Assembly: GCA_003602645.1 (NCBI GenBank)
Contig: QQSI01000017.1
Coordinates: 24,040 to 74,465 of the forward strand
Length of the DNA stretch: 50,426 bases
Direction: 5' to 3'
From: Candidatus Poseidoniales archaeon
GTDB taxonomy: Archaea > Thermoplasmatota > Poseidoniia > Poseidoniales > Poseidoniaceae
Part shown: positions 1-9,730 of the stretch, in pieces
Layout of the letters: every line of letters begins with the position of its first letter
How positions within the stretch are numbered: the stretch's first letter is position 1
Translations under genes and position numbers: made by a program
Notes under the pieces: model-generated
The model's input: only the letters and a program-made list of their open reading frames with translations
Database searches by the model: none
What the model was told of the DNA's origin: nothing

Positions 1-684
1 ATCAAGGGGCTTAATCTGACCATCCATCGAGGCGAAATCCATGTCATCATGGGTCGGAACGGAGCCGGTAAATCCACCCTCGCAAACGTCGTTATGGGCC
101 ATCCAGCCTACGAAATCACCCAGGGGACAATCCACTTTCAGGGCCAACCATTGGAAGAATTAGCAGTCTTTGAACGGGCTAGAGCGGGTATGTTCCTCTC
201 GTTCCAATACCCTGCAGTCATACCTGGTGTCCAAGTTGGAACCTTCCTGAAGAAGTCGGTCGCCTCCGTTCGAGACGATCCTCCGAAGGGCCGTGCTTTC
301 CGAAAAGAACTCAACGGAGCAATGGCGGAATTGGAAATGGACAAAACTTTCCTCTCCCGCTATGTAAACGACGGCTTCAGCGGTGGTGAGAAAAAGCGTT
401 TAGAAATTTTACAAATGCTGCTCCTCAAGCCAAATTTAGCCTTGCTAGACGAAACTGATTCCGGCCTCGATATTGATGCTTTGCGTATTGTTGCGAAAGG
501 CATCAACAAAGTTGCGCCTGAAGCAGGTTGCCTCATTATCACTCACTACCAACGGTTACTGGACCATGTGAAGCCTCATTTTGTTCACGCAATGATTGAT
601 GGCGCAATTGTCAAAACAGGTGGGCCTGAATTGGCGTTAGAACTTGAAGAGCGGGGCTATGATTGGCTCGACGTTGCAGCATGA
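1..684 (+). CDS. sufC: Fe-S cluster assembly ATPase SufC (5' end cut by window edge)
   Basis: Frame is open from nt 1. Walker [13 protein letters not shown] signature FSGGEKKR, Walker [14 protein letters not shown]-loop ITHY. sufB and sufD follow directly. Confidence 0.93.
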   Translation: MKGLNLTIHRGEIHVIMGRNGAGKSTLANVVMGHPAYEITQGTIHFQGQPLEELAVFERARAGMFLSFQYPAVIPGVQVGTFLKKSVASVRDDPPKGRAFRKELNGAMAELEMDKTFLSRYVNDGFSGGEKKRLEILQMLLLKPNLALLDETDSGLDIDALRIVAKGINKVAPEAGCLIITHYQRLLDHVKPHFVHAMIDGAIVKTGGPELALELEERGYDWLDVAA

Positions 685-690
685 GGTGAG

Positions 691-2100
691 ATGATGAGTG
701 AGGAAGCATTCGAAGCAGTTGGCGATTATCGCTATGGATTCCACGACCCCGAAAACGCTACGATTCGGTTCGATAAGGGCCTCTCGGAACAGGTTGTCCG
801 TGACATTTCGGCATTGAAAAATGAGCCTGAATGGATGACTGACCTCAGGGTCAAAGCATACCGTCATTTTGAGGCCCGTGCAATGCCAGATTGGGGCAAT
901 TGCAACCTGCTTGAGTCAATCAACTTCGAGAACGTCACCTACTTCCTTCGCTCTTCAGACCAAACTGAAAAGAATTGGGACGACGTACCTGACGACATCA
1001 AGAACACATTCGATCGCTTAGGCATCCCCGAAGCGGAGCAAAAGTGGCTTGGTGGCGTGACTGCTCAATATGAATCAGAAGCAGTCTACCATTCAATCCG
1101 TGAAGATCTAGAGGAGCAGGGTGTCATTTTCCTCGATATGGACACTGGATTGAAAACTCATCCTGAATTGGTGAAGAAATTCTTCGGCACCGTCGTCCCT
1201 CACAGCGATAATAAATTCTCAGCGCTCAACACGGCCGTTTGGTCAGGCGGTTCGTTTATCTATGTTCCAAAAGGGGTCCATGTCGAAATGCCAGTTCAGG
1301 CCTACTTCCGAATCAATGCGAAAAACATGGGGCAATTCGAACGCACGCTCATCATCGCAGATGAGGGCAGCTCCATTCACTATGTAGAAGGCTGCACCGC
1401 TCCAAGTTATTCCACAGATTCACTCCATTCGGCAGTTGTTGAACTGATTGCTATGGAAGGCGCCAAGATTCGATACTCGACGGTTCAAAACTGGTCTAAC
1501 AACGTCTACAACCTCGTCACAAAGCGAGGCGTTGCCCACAAGAACGCAACCGTCGAATGGGTCGACGGTAACATCGGCTCGAAATTAACCATGAAGTACC
1601 CATCCGTTCTCCTCAAAGGCGAAGGTGCTCATGCAGAGGTGATTTCGGTGGCTTATGCAGGTGACGGACAACACCAAGATGCAGGTGCTAAAGTGCACCA
1701 TTTGGCACCCAACACAACCTCTAACATCCTCTCAAAATCGATTTCCAAGAACGGCGGGCGCTCCTCTTATCGTGGAATGCTCCAGGTGATGCCAAAAGCC
1801 TCTGGATGCCGATCAAAAGTTGTTTGTGATGCTCTCATTTTGGATGAATCCTCTCGCTCCGACACCTACCCAACAATGGAGATAGGGAATTCAACAGCTG
1901 ACCTCGAACATGAAGCAAGCGTTTCCAAGGTTTCTGGGGATCAATTGTTCTACCTCATGAGTCGTGGATTTACTGAAGAAGAAGCAATGGGCTTGATCGT
2001 AAACGGCTTCTTTGAACCTTTCACACGAGAGTTGCCAATGGAATATGCAGTTGAACTCAACAAGCTCTTGGAATTGGAGATGGAGGGGTCCATTGGATGA
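691..2100 (+). CDS. sufB: Fe-S cluster assembly scaffold SufB
   Basis: 469 aa. Hallmark block [23 protein letters not shown] and C-terminal [21 protein letters not shown] Shine-Dalgarno just upstream. The stop overlaps the sufD start. Confidence 0.93.
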   Translation: MMSEEAFEAVGDYRYGFHDPENATIRFDKGLSEQVVRDISALKNEPEWMTDLRVKAYRHFEARAMPDWGNCNLLESINFENVTYFLRSSDQTEKNWDDVPDDIKNTFDRLGIPEAEQKWLGGVTAQYESEAVYHSIREDLEEQGVIFLDMDTGLKTHPELVKKFFGTVVPHSDNKFSALNTAVWSGGSFIYVPKGVHVEMPVQAYFRINAKNMGQFERTLIIADEGSSIHYVEGCTAPSYSTDSLHSAVVELIAMEGAKIRYSTVQNWSNNVYNLVTKRGVAHKNATVEWVDGNIGSKLTMKYPSVLLKGEGAHAEVISVAYAGDGQHQDAGAKVHHLAPNTTSNILSKSISKNGGRSSYRGMLQVMPKASGCRSKVVCDALILDESSRSDTYPTMEIGNSTADLEHEASVSKVSGDQLFYLMSRGFTEEEAMGLIVNGFFEPFTRELPMEYAVELNKLLELEMEGSIG

Positions 2101-3131
2101 GTTACCAACAAATGGCAGTCCCTCCGCGTTCGGCTCATTTGTGGCGGTATACTCCTTGGCCCCGAATCCACCCAACGAAAGTTGAGGAGCTCCCTGAAGC
2201 AGATGGGATTGCGTTCACAGTCGAAGGACATGATGAAGCATCCTTCACCCGCGATGACACTTCGGCAGACATTGCACGCGTCTTCCTCAAAGAACTCAGA
2301 GGTTCTTCACAACGGTTGACCATTCACGGCACCGGGGAAACGGTTCATGTTCATGCAAGAGCCTCTGGCCACATTGCAGTTGGGCATCTTGACCTCACTG
2401 TCAAAGGCGATGCGACCGTTGTGGTTCATCTGACTGGTGAATCTGGATGGTGTGGTCTTCACATTACGGGCACCGTGCATCCAAATGCAAACCTTGGTTT
2501 CGGGTTCATCAACGAACTCGATTCAAACACCAAACTTTTGCGATGCGATGACTGGGTGGTTGAACGGGATGCTTCGTTTGAAAGCGCCACCCTCTCGGTT
2601 GGTGGCTTCAACTGCAAATCCGATTTACGCACCACCCTCAACGGCACTGGCTCATCAATACGCCAAGCCGTGACCGCCCATGGTCAAGGGGCTCGGCATG
2701 ACGATCACCACATCGAAATCCACCACCTCCATGGACATACTGACTCTGATTTGGTGACCAATGCTGCTTGCTCCGGAAGCAGCCATTTCATCGCCACGGG
2801 TTTGTTAACCATTGCAGAAGGTGCCGATGGTTCAGATGCCGGGCAGGTGTTCAGGAATCTCTTGCTCTCGGAAAAAGCCCGAGCGGAAGCAATTCCCGAG
2901 CTCGAAGTATTAGCCGACGATGTCTCCGCCGCCCACGGGGCTGCCAGTGCCCCCATCGATCCTTCTCAACTGCATTACCTGATGTCTCGGGGTCTCAGTC
3001 CAGAAGAATCAGAATCAATGATTGTCAACGGATTCCTTATTGATGCATTTTCAAATCTCAACAATGATGCCTTAACCGAACAAGTACGTACACGCTTGAC
3101 GGTGCATCTTGAATGTGAACTCAAGCGGTGA
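2097..3131 (+). CDS. sufD: Fe-S cluster assembly protein SufD (short form)
   Basis: ATGA overlap with the sufB stop. SufB/D-type beta-helix C-terminus ([24 protein letters not shown]). Position between sufB and sufS. Confidence 0.85.
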   Translation: MSYQQMAVPPRSAHLWRYTPWPRIHPTKVEELPEADGIAFTVEGHDEASFTRDDTSADIARVFLKELRGSSQRLTIHGTGETVHVHARASGHIAVGHLDLTVKGDATVVVHLTGESGWCGLHITGTVHPNANLGFGFINELDSNTKLLRCDDWVVERDASFESATLSVGGFNCKSDLRTTLNGTGSSIRQAVTAHGQGARHDDHHIEIHHLHGHTDSDLVTNAACSGSSHFIATGLLTIAEGADGSDAGQVFRNLLLSEKARAEAIPELEVLADDVSAAHGAASAPIDPSQLHYLMSRGLSPEESESMIVNGFLIDAFSNLNNDALTEQVRTRLTVHLECELKR

Positions 3132-3135
3132 TTGC

Positions 3136-4329
3136 ATGGCTTTGCGGGACGACTTTCCAATTCTTCAACGTCAGGTCCATGGCCATCCCTTGGTCTACCT
3201 TGATAATGCTGCAACCACTCAAAAACCTCAAGTTGTCATCGATGCGATGAACGATTACTACACTCAATCAAACGCCAATGTCCACAGGGCTGTGCACACC
3301 TTGGCTGGCGAAGCAACCGATGGCTACGAAGGCTGCCGTACGAGACTCAAGACGTGGTTCAACGCTGAGCGTGCCATTCTCACAAGCGGGACAACAGAGG
3401 CCATCAACCTGGTTGCGCATGCATGGGGTCGGGCCAAACTCACCAAAGGCGATGCAATCGTATTGACGGAAATGGAACATCACTCAGACATCGTGCCGTG
3501 GCAAATGTTAGCAGAAGAACGAGGCGTGGAGATTCGATATGTTCCCGTGTTGGATGATTATTCATTGGATATGGAGGTCTACGAAGCATCGCTTGAAGGG
3601 GCGAAATTGGTCTGTGTGGTCCATACCTCGAACGTCTTAGGGGTCCGAAATCCACTCGAAAAAATCATCCAACTCGCTCACGATGTCGGAGCCAAGGTGC
3701 TCATCGATGCCGCTCAAGGTGTCCCTCATGATCGCATTGATTTTGCGGCATTTGGCCCTGATTTTATGGCCTTTTCTGCGCACAAAATGTGTGGGCCTAC
3801 CGGAATTGGCGCTCTTTTGGTCCAACCCGATGTCTTCGAAGAAATGGAACCGTTCATGGGTGGCGGTGATATGATTCAGACGGTGACCACCGAGGGGTCA
3901 ACCTACCAAACGAATGAACATAAGTTCGAAGCAGGAACGCCCAGAATCGCAGAAGCGATTGGTTGGGATGCAGCGTTTGGATGGATGGAACAATTAGATC
4001 TTGAGCAAGAACACAAGCGTCTCCTCGAAATAGCGAGGTACACGGCCAAGGAATTACGCTCACTTGGTATGACTGTGTATGGTCGCCATGATGATCAGGA
4101 CAGTGCGGTCGTTTCCTTTTTGCACCCCTCGCTTCACAGTGAAGACCTTGCACATCTCCTTGATGCAGTAGGATTCGCAGTTCGAACGGGGCACCACTGC
4201 GCTCAACCACTTTTGAATCGGCTTGGGATCTCAAGCACCGTACGAGCATCGTTTTATTTTTACAACACCATGGATGAAGCGAAATCCTTTGTTGCTCAGG
4301 TCAAGAAAATTTTGGAGCGATTTGCATGA
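3136..4329 (+). CDS. sufS: Cysteine desulfurase SufS (class V PLP enzyme)
   Basis: HRAVHTLAGEAT, PLP-lysine block SAHKMCGPTGIGAL, catalytic Cys block RTGHHCAQPL. The ATG at 3136 lies just past the sufD stop; the ORF track begins at 3109. Confidence 0.92.
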   Translation: MALRDDFPILQRQVHGHPLVYLDNAATTQKPQVVIDAMNDYYTQSNANVHRAVHTLAGEATDGYEGCRTRLKTWFNAERAILTSGTTEAINLVAHAWGRAKLTKGDAIVLTEMEHHSDIVPWQMLAEERGVEIRYVPVLDDYSLDMEVYEASLEGAKLVCVVHTSNVLGVRNPLEKIIQLAHDVGAKVLIDAAQGVPHDRIDFAAFGPDFMAFSAHKMCGPTGIGALLVQPDVFEEMEPFMGGGDMIQTVTTEGSTYQTNEHKFEAGTPRIAEAIGWDAAFGWMEQLDLEQEHKRLLEIARYTAKELRSLGMTVYGRHDDQDSAVVSFLHPSLHSEDLAHLLDAVGFAVRTGHHCAQPLLNRLGISSTVRASFYFYNTMDEAKSFVAQVKKILERFA

Positions 4330-4739
4330 CCTACCCTACCCAACTGGTTGAGTTGATCGAAGAATTCCAAGACATTGAAGATCAGATGGAAAGGCTGGAA
4401 ATGGTCTTTGAAATGGCGGACGAAGTCGTTGTGCTCCCCACTGAGTCTTGGAGCGACAAAACCCGAATCGTCGGTTGTCAATCTGAAGCCCATGTCGATG
4501 TTATGCTTCAAGAGGGGAAGGTTCTGATTTCGGGCGGTGCTGATTCACAACTGGTTCAGGGACTTATGGGCATCCTCACGATCGCAATCAACGGCAGTGC
4601 ACCTGCCCAAGCATTGTTGCTTTCTCCTGACTTTGCGCAGGAAATGGGGATTTTGAATTCCCTCTCACCGAGTCGTTCCAATGGGTTTAGAAACATGTTC
4701 GACAAGGTCATGGTAGAAATCCGTGGTTTGGAGGCATAG
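4326..4739 (+). CDS. sufE: Sulfur acceptor SufE
   Basis: ATGA overlap with the sufS stop. SufE active-site context IVGCQSEAHV. 137 aa. Confidence 0.88.
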   Translation: MTYPTQLVELIEEFQDIEDQMERLEMVFEMADEVVVLPTESWSDKTRIVGCQSEAHVDVMLQEGKVLISGGADSQLVQGLMGILTIAINGSAPAQALLLSPDFAQEMGILNSLSPSRSNGFRNMFDKVMVEIRGLEA

Positions 4740-4741
4740 TG

Positions 4742-5059
4742 ATGGTCGAGAAAGAGGAAGTTATGCGCCATTTGGACGAAGTTGAAGATCCCGAATTGGA
4801 ACTTTCCATCGTCGAATTAGGCCTTGTTTATGATGTCCGCTTTGAATCAAAAGACGAGGGGCTCCATGCAGAAATCGATCTTACGCTCACTTCACCGGGC
4901 TGCCCAGCAGCTCCCGAAATCATGGCTGCGACCCATCGGGCCGCACTTCTTACCGACGGACTCGATTCAGTCCATATCAACCTCGTCTGGTCCCCACGCT
5001 GGGATCCAAAAATCCACGCTACTGAAGACGCTCGAATGGATATGGGCATTTGGGATTGA
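4742..5059 (+). CDS. DUF59/MIP18-family Fe-S assembly protein (SufT-like)
   Basis: DPELELSIVELGLVYDV and TLTSPGCPAAPEI motifs typical of DUF59. Last gene of the suf cluster. ATG at 4742 (track start 4739 is GTG). Confidence 0.85.
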   Translation: MVEKEEVMRHLDEVEDPELELSIVELGLVYDVRFESKDEGLHAEIDLTLTSPGCPAAPEIMAATHRAALLTDGLDSVHINLVWSPRWDPKIHATEDARMDMGIWD

Positions 5060-5061
5060 TT

Positions 5062-6213
5062 TCACCGCTTCACAACAATGGTCAGCAAATCACCATCTTT
5101 GAGCAGATGGTCGAGTCCAACACGTTGCCAATCGAATTTAGCACTCGGGCCCTTGACTCGAGCGTATCTGAATTTTCTCACGAAATCTCTGTGCAGTTTG
5201 TTACAAATGTGTTCGACGGTTGAATCGTCTTTCACGATGAGGGGCTCCTCCAAATCAGCCTCTTGTCCCTGAGGCTTCAAAAACACCCTCATGAACCCTA
5301 GATTGTCGTAGATGAAATCTTTGAGTTCATCCAACCCAATTTCCTTGAATGCAGAAATTCGCATCACTGGCCAATCCTCGGGAAGATTTGAACGTGCATG
5401 CATCAATTCTTCTTCGGTGGCAATGTCGATTTTGTTGATGGCGATCACTGCTTTTTCATAGATCCGATTTTGGGCCAAACAGTCGACAATTTGCTCGGCA
5501 GTTGTGTCGTTTCGTAAAGTCACAATCGCTGAGGTGAAGCCGAACGAGCGAATGATTTCACCCATCTCTTCATTGGTGAGGTGCGTTTGTTCTACGGTTG
5601 TTCGAACATCAATTCCACCTCTTTCGGTTCGTTTGATGAACACAGGGGGGCGAGTTTCATTCAACCGCAACCCAGCATTGTGTAGTTCTCTGTGAAGGAC
5701 GTTGAAGTGAGCGTCTTGGAACGGGTCGACAATGTAGAGCACCATGTCTGCGCTGCGAATCACGTTGAGGATTTCTCGGCCCCGACCTTTTCCTTCTGCT
5801 GCACCTTTGATCAATCCTGGCAAATCCAAAATCTGAATCTTTGCACCGCGGTGTTCCATGACGCCGGGAATGCAAGTAAGGGTTGTAAACGCATATCCCG
5901 CAGCTTCCGAGTGAGCATCGGTCACCTTAGAGATCAGGGTTGATTTACCAACCGATGGGAAACCAACCAGAGCAACGGTAGCATCACCTGATTTCTTGAC
6001 CTCAAACCCCTTGCCACCACCGCTGGCTTTGGAGTGAGCGTGTGCTTTCTCTTCTTTGATTTTCAACTGTGCGATTTTCGCTTTCAGTTTGCCTATGTGA
6101 GCGTTGGTTGCCTTGTTTTTTTGGGTCTTGTCGATTTCAGCGCGAATCAAATCGATTTGCTCCTTAATCGTGGCCACAACAACACCCTCTAAACGCAACG
6201 GCGCGCTGCACAT
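5062..6213 (-). CDS. DRG-family (developmentally regulated) GTP-binding protein with C-terminal TGS domain
   Basis: G1 GFPSVGKSTL, G3 DLPGLIKGAAEGKGRG, G4 NKID. The N-terminal coiled region ATIKEQIDLIRAEIDKTQKNK is typical of archaeal/eukaryal DRG. The true start may be the GTG at 6177. Confidence 0.9.
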   Translation of the reverse strand: MCSAPLRLEGVVVATIKEQIDLIRAEIDKTQKNKATNAHIGKLKAKIAQLKIKEEKAHAHSKASGGGKGFEVKKSGDATVALVGFPSVGKSTLISKVTDAHSEAAGYAFTTLTCIPGVMEHRGAKIQILDLPGLIKGAAEGKGRGREILNVIRSADMVLYIVDPFQDAHFNVLHRELHNAGLRLNETRPPVFIKRTERGGIDVRTTVEQTHLTNEEMGEIIRSFGFTSAIVTLRNDTTAEQIVDCLAQNRIYEKAVIAINKIDIATEEELMHARSNLPEDWPVMRISAFKEIGLDELKDFIYDNLGFMRVFLKPQGQEADLEEPLIVKDDSTVEHICNKLHRDFVRKFRYARVKGPSAKFDWQRVGLDHLLKDGDLLTIVVKR

Positions 6214-6310
6214 TCTTCAATGCTGTTGCCTGTTCAAAAAAGGAAAAGGAGTTTCTTTCCTCTCCTCAAAGGCCGATGGCATCAAACGGGTCGGATGTTT
6301 GGGGTAGAGC

Positions 6311-6991
6311 ATGGGCCTTGAGTTGGTGCTCCTTTTGGTGAATCGTCCTGCGTTGCAAACGCTCGTTGATTTGTCATGGCAAGCCCTCTATTCTGGAATG
6401 GAAAAGGGAGAATTTCGACAGATCCGCCCGTCTGCTGATTCAAGGTTGAAACGATCTTTTGACATCGATGCTGAAGCAGAACTCCTCGATTGGATGGATT
6501 CGTGTACCGTCGAAGGTAATCCCACCACGATCGATGCCCTTTCAGATCTTCGCGACGGAGCAACTGGACTGCTCCATCTCATGCATTATGCGAGTCCCGG
6601 TTCATGGGAGGTGTGGGAAGGCCGCGCTTTTCTTTATCTCGATGTTGCTACCGGTAAACCAGTTCCTCACGTTGACGCTCTATACAGCGAAGACATTTGG
6701 AATGAAACAACGCGTCGCCTTGCGGGTCTTCCCGAAGATGAGTTTGCAGAATCGGTTTGTCTTGATTGGATGGATCGGCGAAAGGAACTTGGTGAAACCC
6801 TTGATGAGAAAGAGGACCCTAAGATTGTTCCAACCTATGAAGCGCATAATCGAGCCAGTCGCACTCTGGTTCACGCCGTCACCCGCTGGCTTGGAGAGCC
6901 TGACCTTGTTGGGATCATCGGGCGTGAACACCTACCTGCTAAGGAATGGGGCCATGGGCCATGGAATCTCGAAGGGTTCCTACAAGCCTGA
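6311..6991 (+). CDS. Hypothetical acidic protein (226 aa) with a duplicated LDWMD motif
   Basis: Long ORF with an ATG start and ordinary soluble-protein composition. I recognise no family. It sits directly upstream of grpE. Confidence 0.55.
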   Translation: MGLELVLLLVNRPALQTLVDLSWQALYSGMEKGEFRQIRPSADSRLKRSFDIDAEAELLDWMDSCTVEGNPTTIDALSDLRDGATGLLHLMHYASPGSWEVWEGRAFLYLDVATGKPVPHVDALYSEDIWNETTRRLAGLPEDEFAESVCLDWMDRRKELGETLDEKEDPKIVPTYEAHNRASRTLVHAVTRWLGEPDLVGIIGREHLPAKEWGHGPWNLEGFLQA

Positions 6992-7029
6992 ACGAGGGGT
7001 TCAAAGACCACTTGATGCACGGTCGGTGC

Positions 7030-7578
7030 ATGAGCGAAGACGATGTTGTGGATGACGAAGTTCCAATCATCGAAGAAGGTATGGAAACCATGGACCTTGC
7101 GGACGAGGCCGAAATTGAAATTGAAGACCCCTTGGAAGTCGCCCTTGCTCGTGCAGAAACTGCGGAGAAAGAAATCGCATACAAGGACGCAGAAATACAA
7201 AATGTACGAAAGCGCCTCATGGCAGAGAAAGCAGAATTGATTCAATACAGTGGCATGGGCCTTGCCCGCCGAATGTTAACCGTTTTGAGCGATGTTGATC
7301 GGGCACTTGCTAATGTTGGAGAGGATGATGAAGGCGTCCTGGCACAAGGTTTACGTTTGACGAGAAACAAAATGTGGCATGAACTTCAAGCCGATGGTGT
7401 CCTAGCGATTGAAGCTAAAGGGCAAAAGTTTGATCCAGCAAAGATGGAGGCAATCACAACGATTCCAGCATCAGAAGCGTTTGAGGCTGGCCATGTAGTT
7501 GATGTCCTCGAGGCTGGTTACATGTACAAACAACGTGTTCTCACAGCTGCGCGCGTTGTTGTAGCCTCAGAAGATTGA
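7030..7578 (+). CDS. grpE: Nucleotide exchange factor GrpE
   Basis: Acidic N-terminus, then a coiled coil (EIAYKDAEIQNVRKRLMAEKAELIQY), LSDVDRALAN and a C-terminal beta domain (FDPAKMEAI...VLEAGYMYKQRVLTAARVVV). ATG at 7030 avoids overlap with the upstream ORF. Confidence 0.88.
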   Translation: MSEDDVVDDEVPIIEEGMETMDLADEAEIEIEDPLEVALARAETAEKEIAYKDAEIQNVRKRLMAEKAELIQYSGMGLARRMLTVLSDVDRALANVGEDDEGVLAQGLRLTRNKMWHELQADGVLAIEAKGQKFDPAKMEAITTIPASEAFEAGHVVDVLEAGYMYKQRVLTAARVVVASED

Positions 7579-7617
7579 GGACCAAACCTTCATCAGCGAT
7601 GGTGTGAAAGGCCCACC

Positions 7618-7902
7618 ATGGTCAAGAAATTAGCAGGAAAGGCAGCAGGGGCCGCAAGCAAGGCCGCCAAGACTGCTGCAAAGGAAGCCGCGGGTAGCAT
7701 CAAGCGAAACGTCGTTGATGAAGCTACAAAACCGCTTAAGGATGCAGCAAAGAAAAAAGTCAGTGCACTTTCTGAATCTGTCAAAGAAAAAGCAGAGGCG
7801 AAGGTCCGAGATGTTGTCAAAGAACAAATCAAAAAGGATGCTAAAAAGAAACTCTTTGGTAAGAAAAAATCATCCAGCATGGACGCCAGTTTCAAACGTT
7901 GA
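7618..7902 (+). CDS. Small Lys/Ala/Glu-rich low-complexity protein (94 aa)
   Basis: ATG-initiated ORF with the amphipathic repeat-like composition KAAKTAAKEAAG...KEKAEAKVRDVVKEQIKKDAKKK. The opposite-strand ORF 7593..7919 has a shadow-ORF composition. The 3' end overlaps the nadM 3' end by 33 nt. Confidence 0.45.
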   Translation: MVKKLAGKAAGAASKAAKTAAKEAAGSIKRNVVDEATKPLKDAAKKKVSALSESVKEKAEAKVRDVVKEQIKKDAKKKLFGKKKSSSMDASFKR

Positions 7903-8418
7903 GAGTCGGAATAACGCATCGTTGGTGATCAACCAATCGACCACTTCCTTTGGAACGCTTGCACAAAGAACTTCAACAACAGCATCGTCATCATACACAG
8001 TTGAGAGCATTTTTGCAGTTTGACGAACCCTCCAACCTTCCAAGCGTTCCCGTTCGTTTAATTCCACATTATGAACAGGGAAGTTTGCCTCCTCATAGAG
8101 GGTTGAGGTCGTTGCATCAGAGGTGACCAACATGCCTTCACCGTGGTGTTGACGAGCGTGGTCAACCCAATTTGGAGGGTCGTTGATGTCTTCGATGGTG
8201 CATACTTGTACTTCAAACTCAACAGATTCCGACCAGGCTCGAATCATAGCCTCTCTGTCCTGAGCAGACCATGGATTGTTCGGTTCCCATTCTGCTTGAG
8301 CCGAGCCAATCGCAATCATGACGGGTTCATCAGGGTAAAGTTCGGCTGCCTTCCTCACAAGGAAGGCATGACCGTTGTGAAAGGGTTGAAAGCGACCAAG
8401 AACGATTGCTGCAGCCAT
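7870..8418 (-). CDS. nadM: Nicotinamide-nucleotide adenylyltransferase (archaeal type)
   Basis: N-terminal GRFQPFHNGH nucleotidyltransferase motif. About 180 aa, matching archaeal NMNAT. Confidence 0.88.
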   Translation of the reverse strand: MAAAIVLGRFQPFHNGHAFLVRKAAELYPDEPVMIAIGSAQAEWEPNNPWSAQDREAMIRAWSESVEFEVQVCTIEDINDPPNWVDHARQHHGEGMLVTSDATTSTLYEEANFPVHNVELNERERLEGWRVRQTAKMLSTVYDDDAVVEVLCASVPKEVVDWLITNDALFRLSTFETGVHAG

Positions 8419-8427
8419 GTCGAACCC

Positions 8428-9672
8428 TCAAAAATAGGCGGCAACATCCACTGGTGGGAGATCATGACCACAAGCTCGGAAGCATTCGAGCATTCTGACG
8501 CATCCTTCAATCATCTCCTCGACAGGTGTTTCTCCCATTGAACCAACCCTGAACATTTTTCCCTTCAAGTGGTCCTGTGCACCAATCACTTGAGTGTTAA
8601 ATTCGTCTTTGAGACGTGTCCGCCAGGTGTCATCAATTCCTTCAGGATACATGATTGCCGTCACAGATGCGCTTCGACCTGATGCATCAGCAAGGAGCTC
8701 GAAGCCAAGGTCGGTGAACAATGATCGAACCCCTTTGGCCATGTGGGCGCATCGGTTCCATCTTACCTCATTCGTTTCCTCTTGAAGTCCCTTCAGAGCA
8801 GCACTCCACCCCATGACGAGGTTGATCGCAGGCGTCCATGGGGTTTGATCGTCATCTCCTTTTTTCAGTGCGGGAATCATGTCGAAGTAATACAATGGAT
8901 TTGTATCGCCTTGTTTTCGAATCGTTTCCACTCGCTCCACAAAGTTTTGATTAATGGCCACCGCAGCAATTCCTGACGGTCCTGCTGTGCATTTTTGTGC
9001 GCCCATGACGACGGCTTCTGCGTTCCACTCCAGAGGATGAACAGGCATGCCACCGACGGAGGTAATGCCGTCAAGAATGAATGGAGTTTCATGGCGTGTG
9101 CACATTTCAGCGATTGATTCGGCATCCTGGGTGATTCCAGTGCTCGTTTCATTGTGGCAAATGAGAACTGCCTCGTAGCACTTTCGTTCAAGTTGCCGTT
9201 CGATTTCTCCAAGATCGAAAGCCCTTCCCCATTCACTCTTGAGGTGTTTGACATTGCAGAATCGCTTACAAATTTCTGCGACACGCTCGCCAAACTTTCC
9301 ATTTGTTGGGACGAGGACGAGATCGTTAGGTCGGAACCGATTCGCAATGACCATCTCCATGGCCGCTGTGCCACTCCCTGACACGACAATCACCTTGTAG
9401 CCATCTTCACCTTCCCAAGATTGTGATTTTCGCAAAGGCGAGGAAGGACTGAGGTTGAATGCATATCGAAGACCAGAATTCAGCTTCGCCATTTCGTCTC
9501 GAAACTCTGCACCTCTTGCTGTCATCACAGGGGTCGCCATCGCATCTAAGCATGGTTGACCCATACGCACCGGGCCGGGTACAAGAAAGCAATCTTCTTC
9601 ATATCCCATTGGTCGTTGCACTGCTCGGAGGTTTTTCAACACACTACCTCCCAAGCCTTCCTTCCTCACCAT
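8428..9672 (-). CDS. Class V aminotransferase (serine-pyruvate / alanine-glyoxylate / phosphoserine aminotransferase-like)
   Basis: LVPGPV N-terminal motif, SGSGTAAMEMVIAN, DGITSVGG, PLP-lysine block GAQKCTAGPSGIA. The start is uncertain: ATG at 9672 or 9609. The track start at 9816 would overlap pdxT. Confidence 0.85.
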   Translation of the reverse strand: MVRKEGLGGSVLKNLRAVQRPMGYEEDCFLVPGPVRMGQPCLDAMATPVMTARGAEFRDEMAKLNSGLRYAFNLSPSSPLRKSQSWEGEDGYKVIVVSGSGTAAMEMVIANRFRPNDLVLVPTNGKFGERVAEICKRFCNVKHLKSEWGRAFDLGEIERQLERKCYEAVLICHNETSTGITQDAESIAEMCTRHETPFILDGITSVGGMPVHPLEWNAEAVVMGAQKCTAGPSGIAAVAINQNFVERVETIRKQGDTNPLYYFDMIPALKKGDDDQTPWTPAINLVMGWSAALKGLQEETNEVRWNRCAHMAKGVRSLFTDLGFELLADASGRSASVTAIMYPEGIDDTWRTRLKDEFNTQVIGAQDHLKGKMFRVGSMGETPVEEMIEGCVRMLECFRACGHDLPPVDVAAYF

Positions 9673-9730
9673 CCATTGCGAAGGTATGAGAATCCGTTGC
9701 CCTCTTAGGGTGGGCCCGTTTGGTTGTGCT

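Noticed and set aside
6459-7055. 198-aa plus-strand ORF overlapping the 226-aa hypothetical gene and the grpE start
   Set aside because: It lies in an alternative frame of a better ORF. The composition is Arg/Cys/Leu-rich and junk-like, with no motifs.
7593-7919. 108-aa minus-strand ORF opposite the Lys/Ala-rich ORF
   Set aside because: Its Ser/Phe/Leu/Ala-rich composition looks like the antisense shadow of a K/A/E-rich frame. It would also overlap the nadM 3' end on the same strand in another frame.
8143-8541. 132-aa plus-strand ORF
   Set aside because: It is antisense to nadM and the aminotransferase 3' end, with no start context and no motifs.
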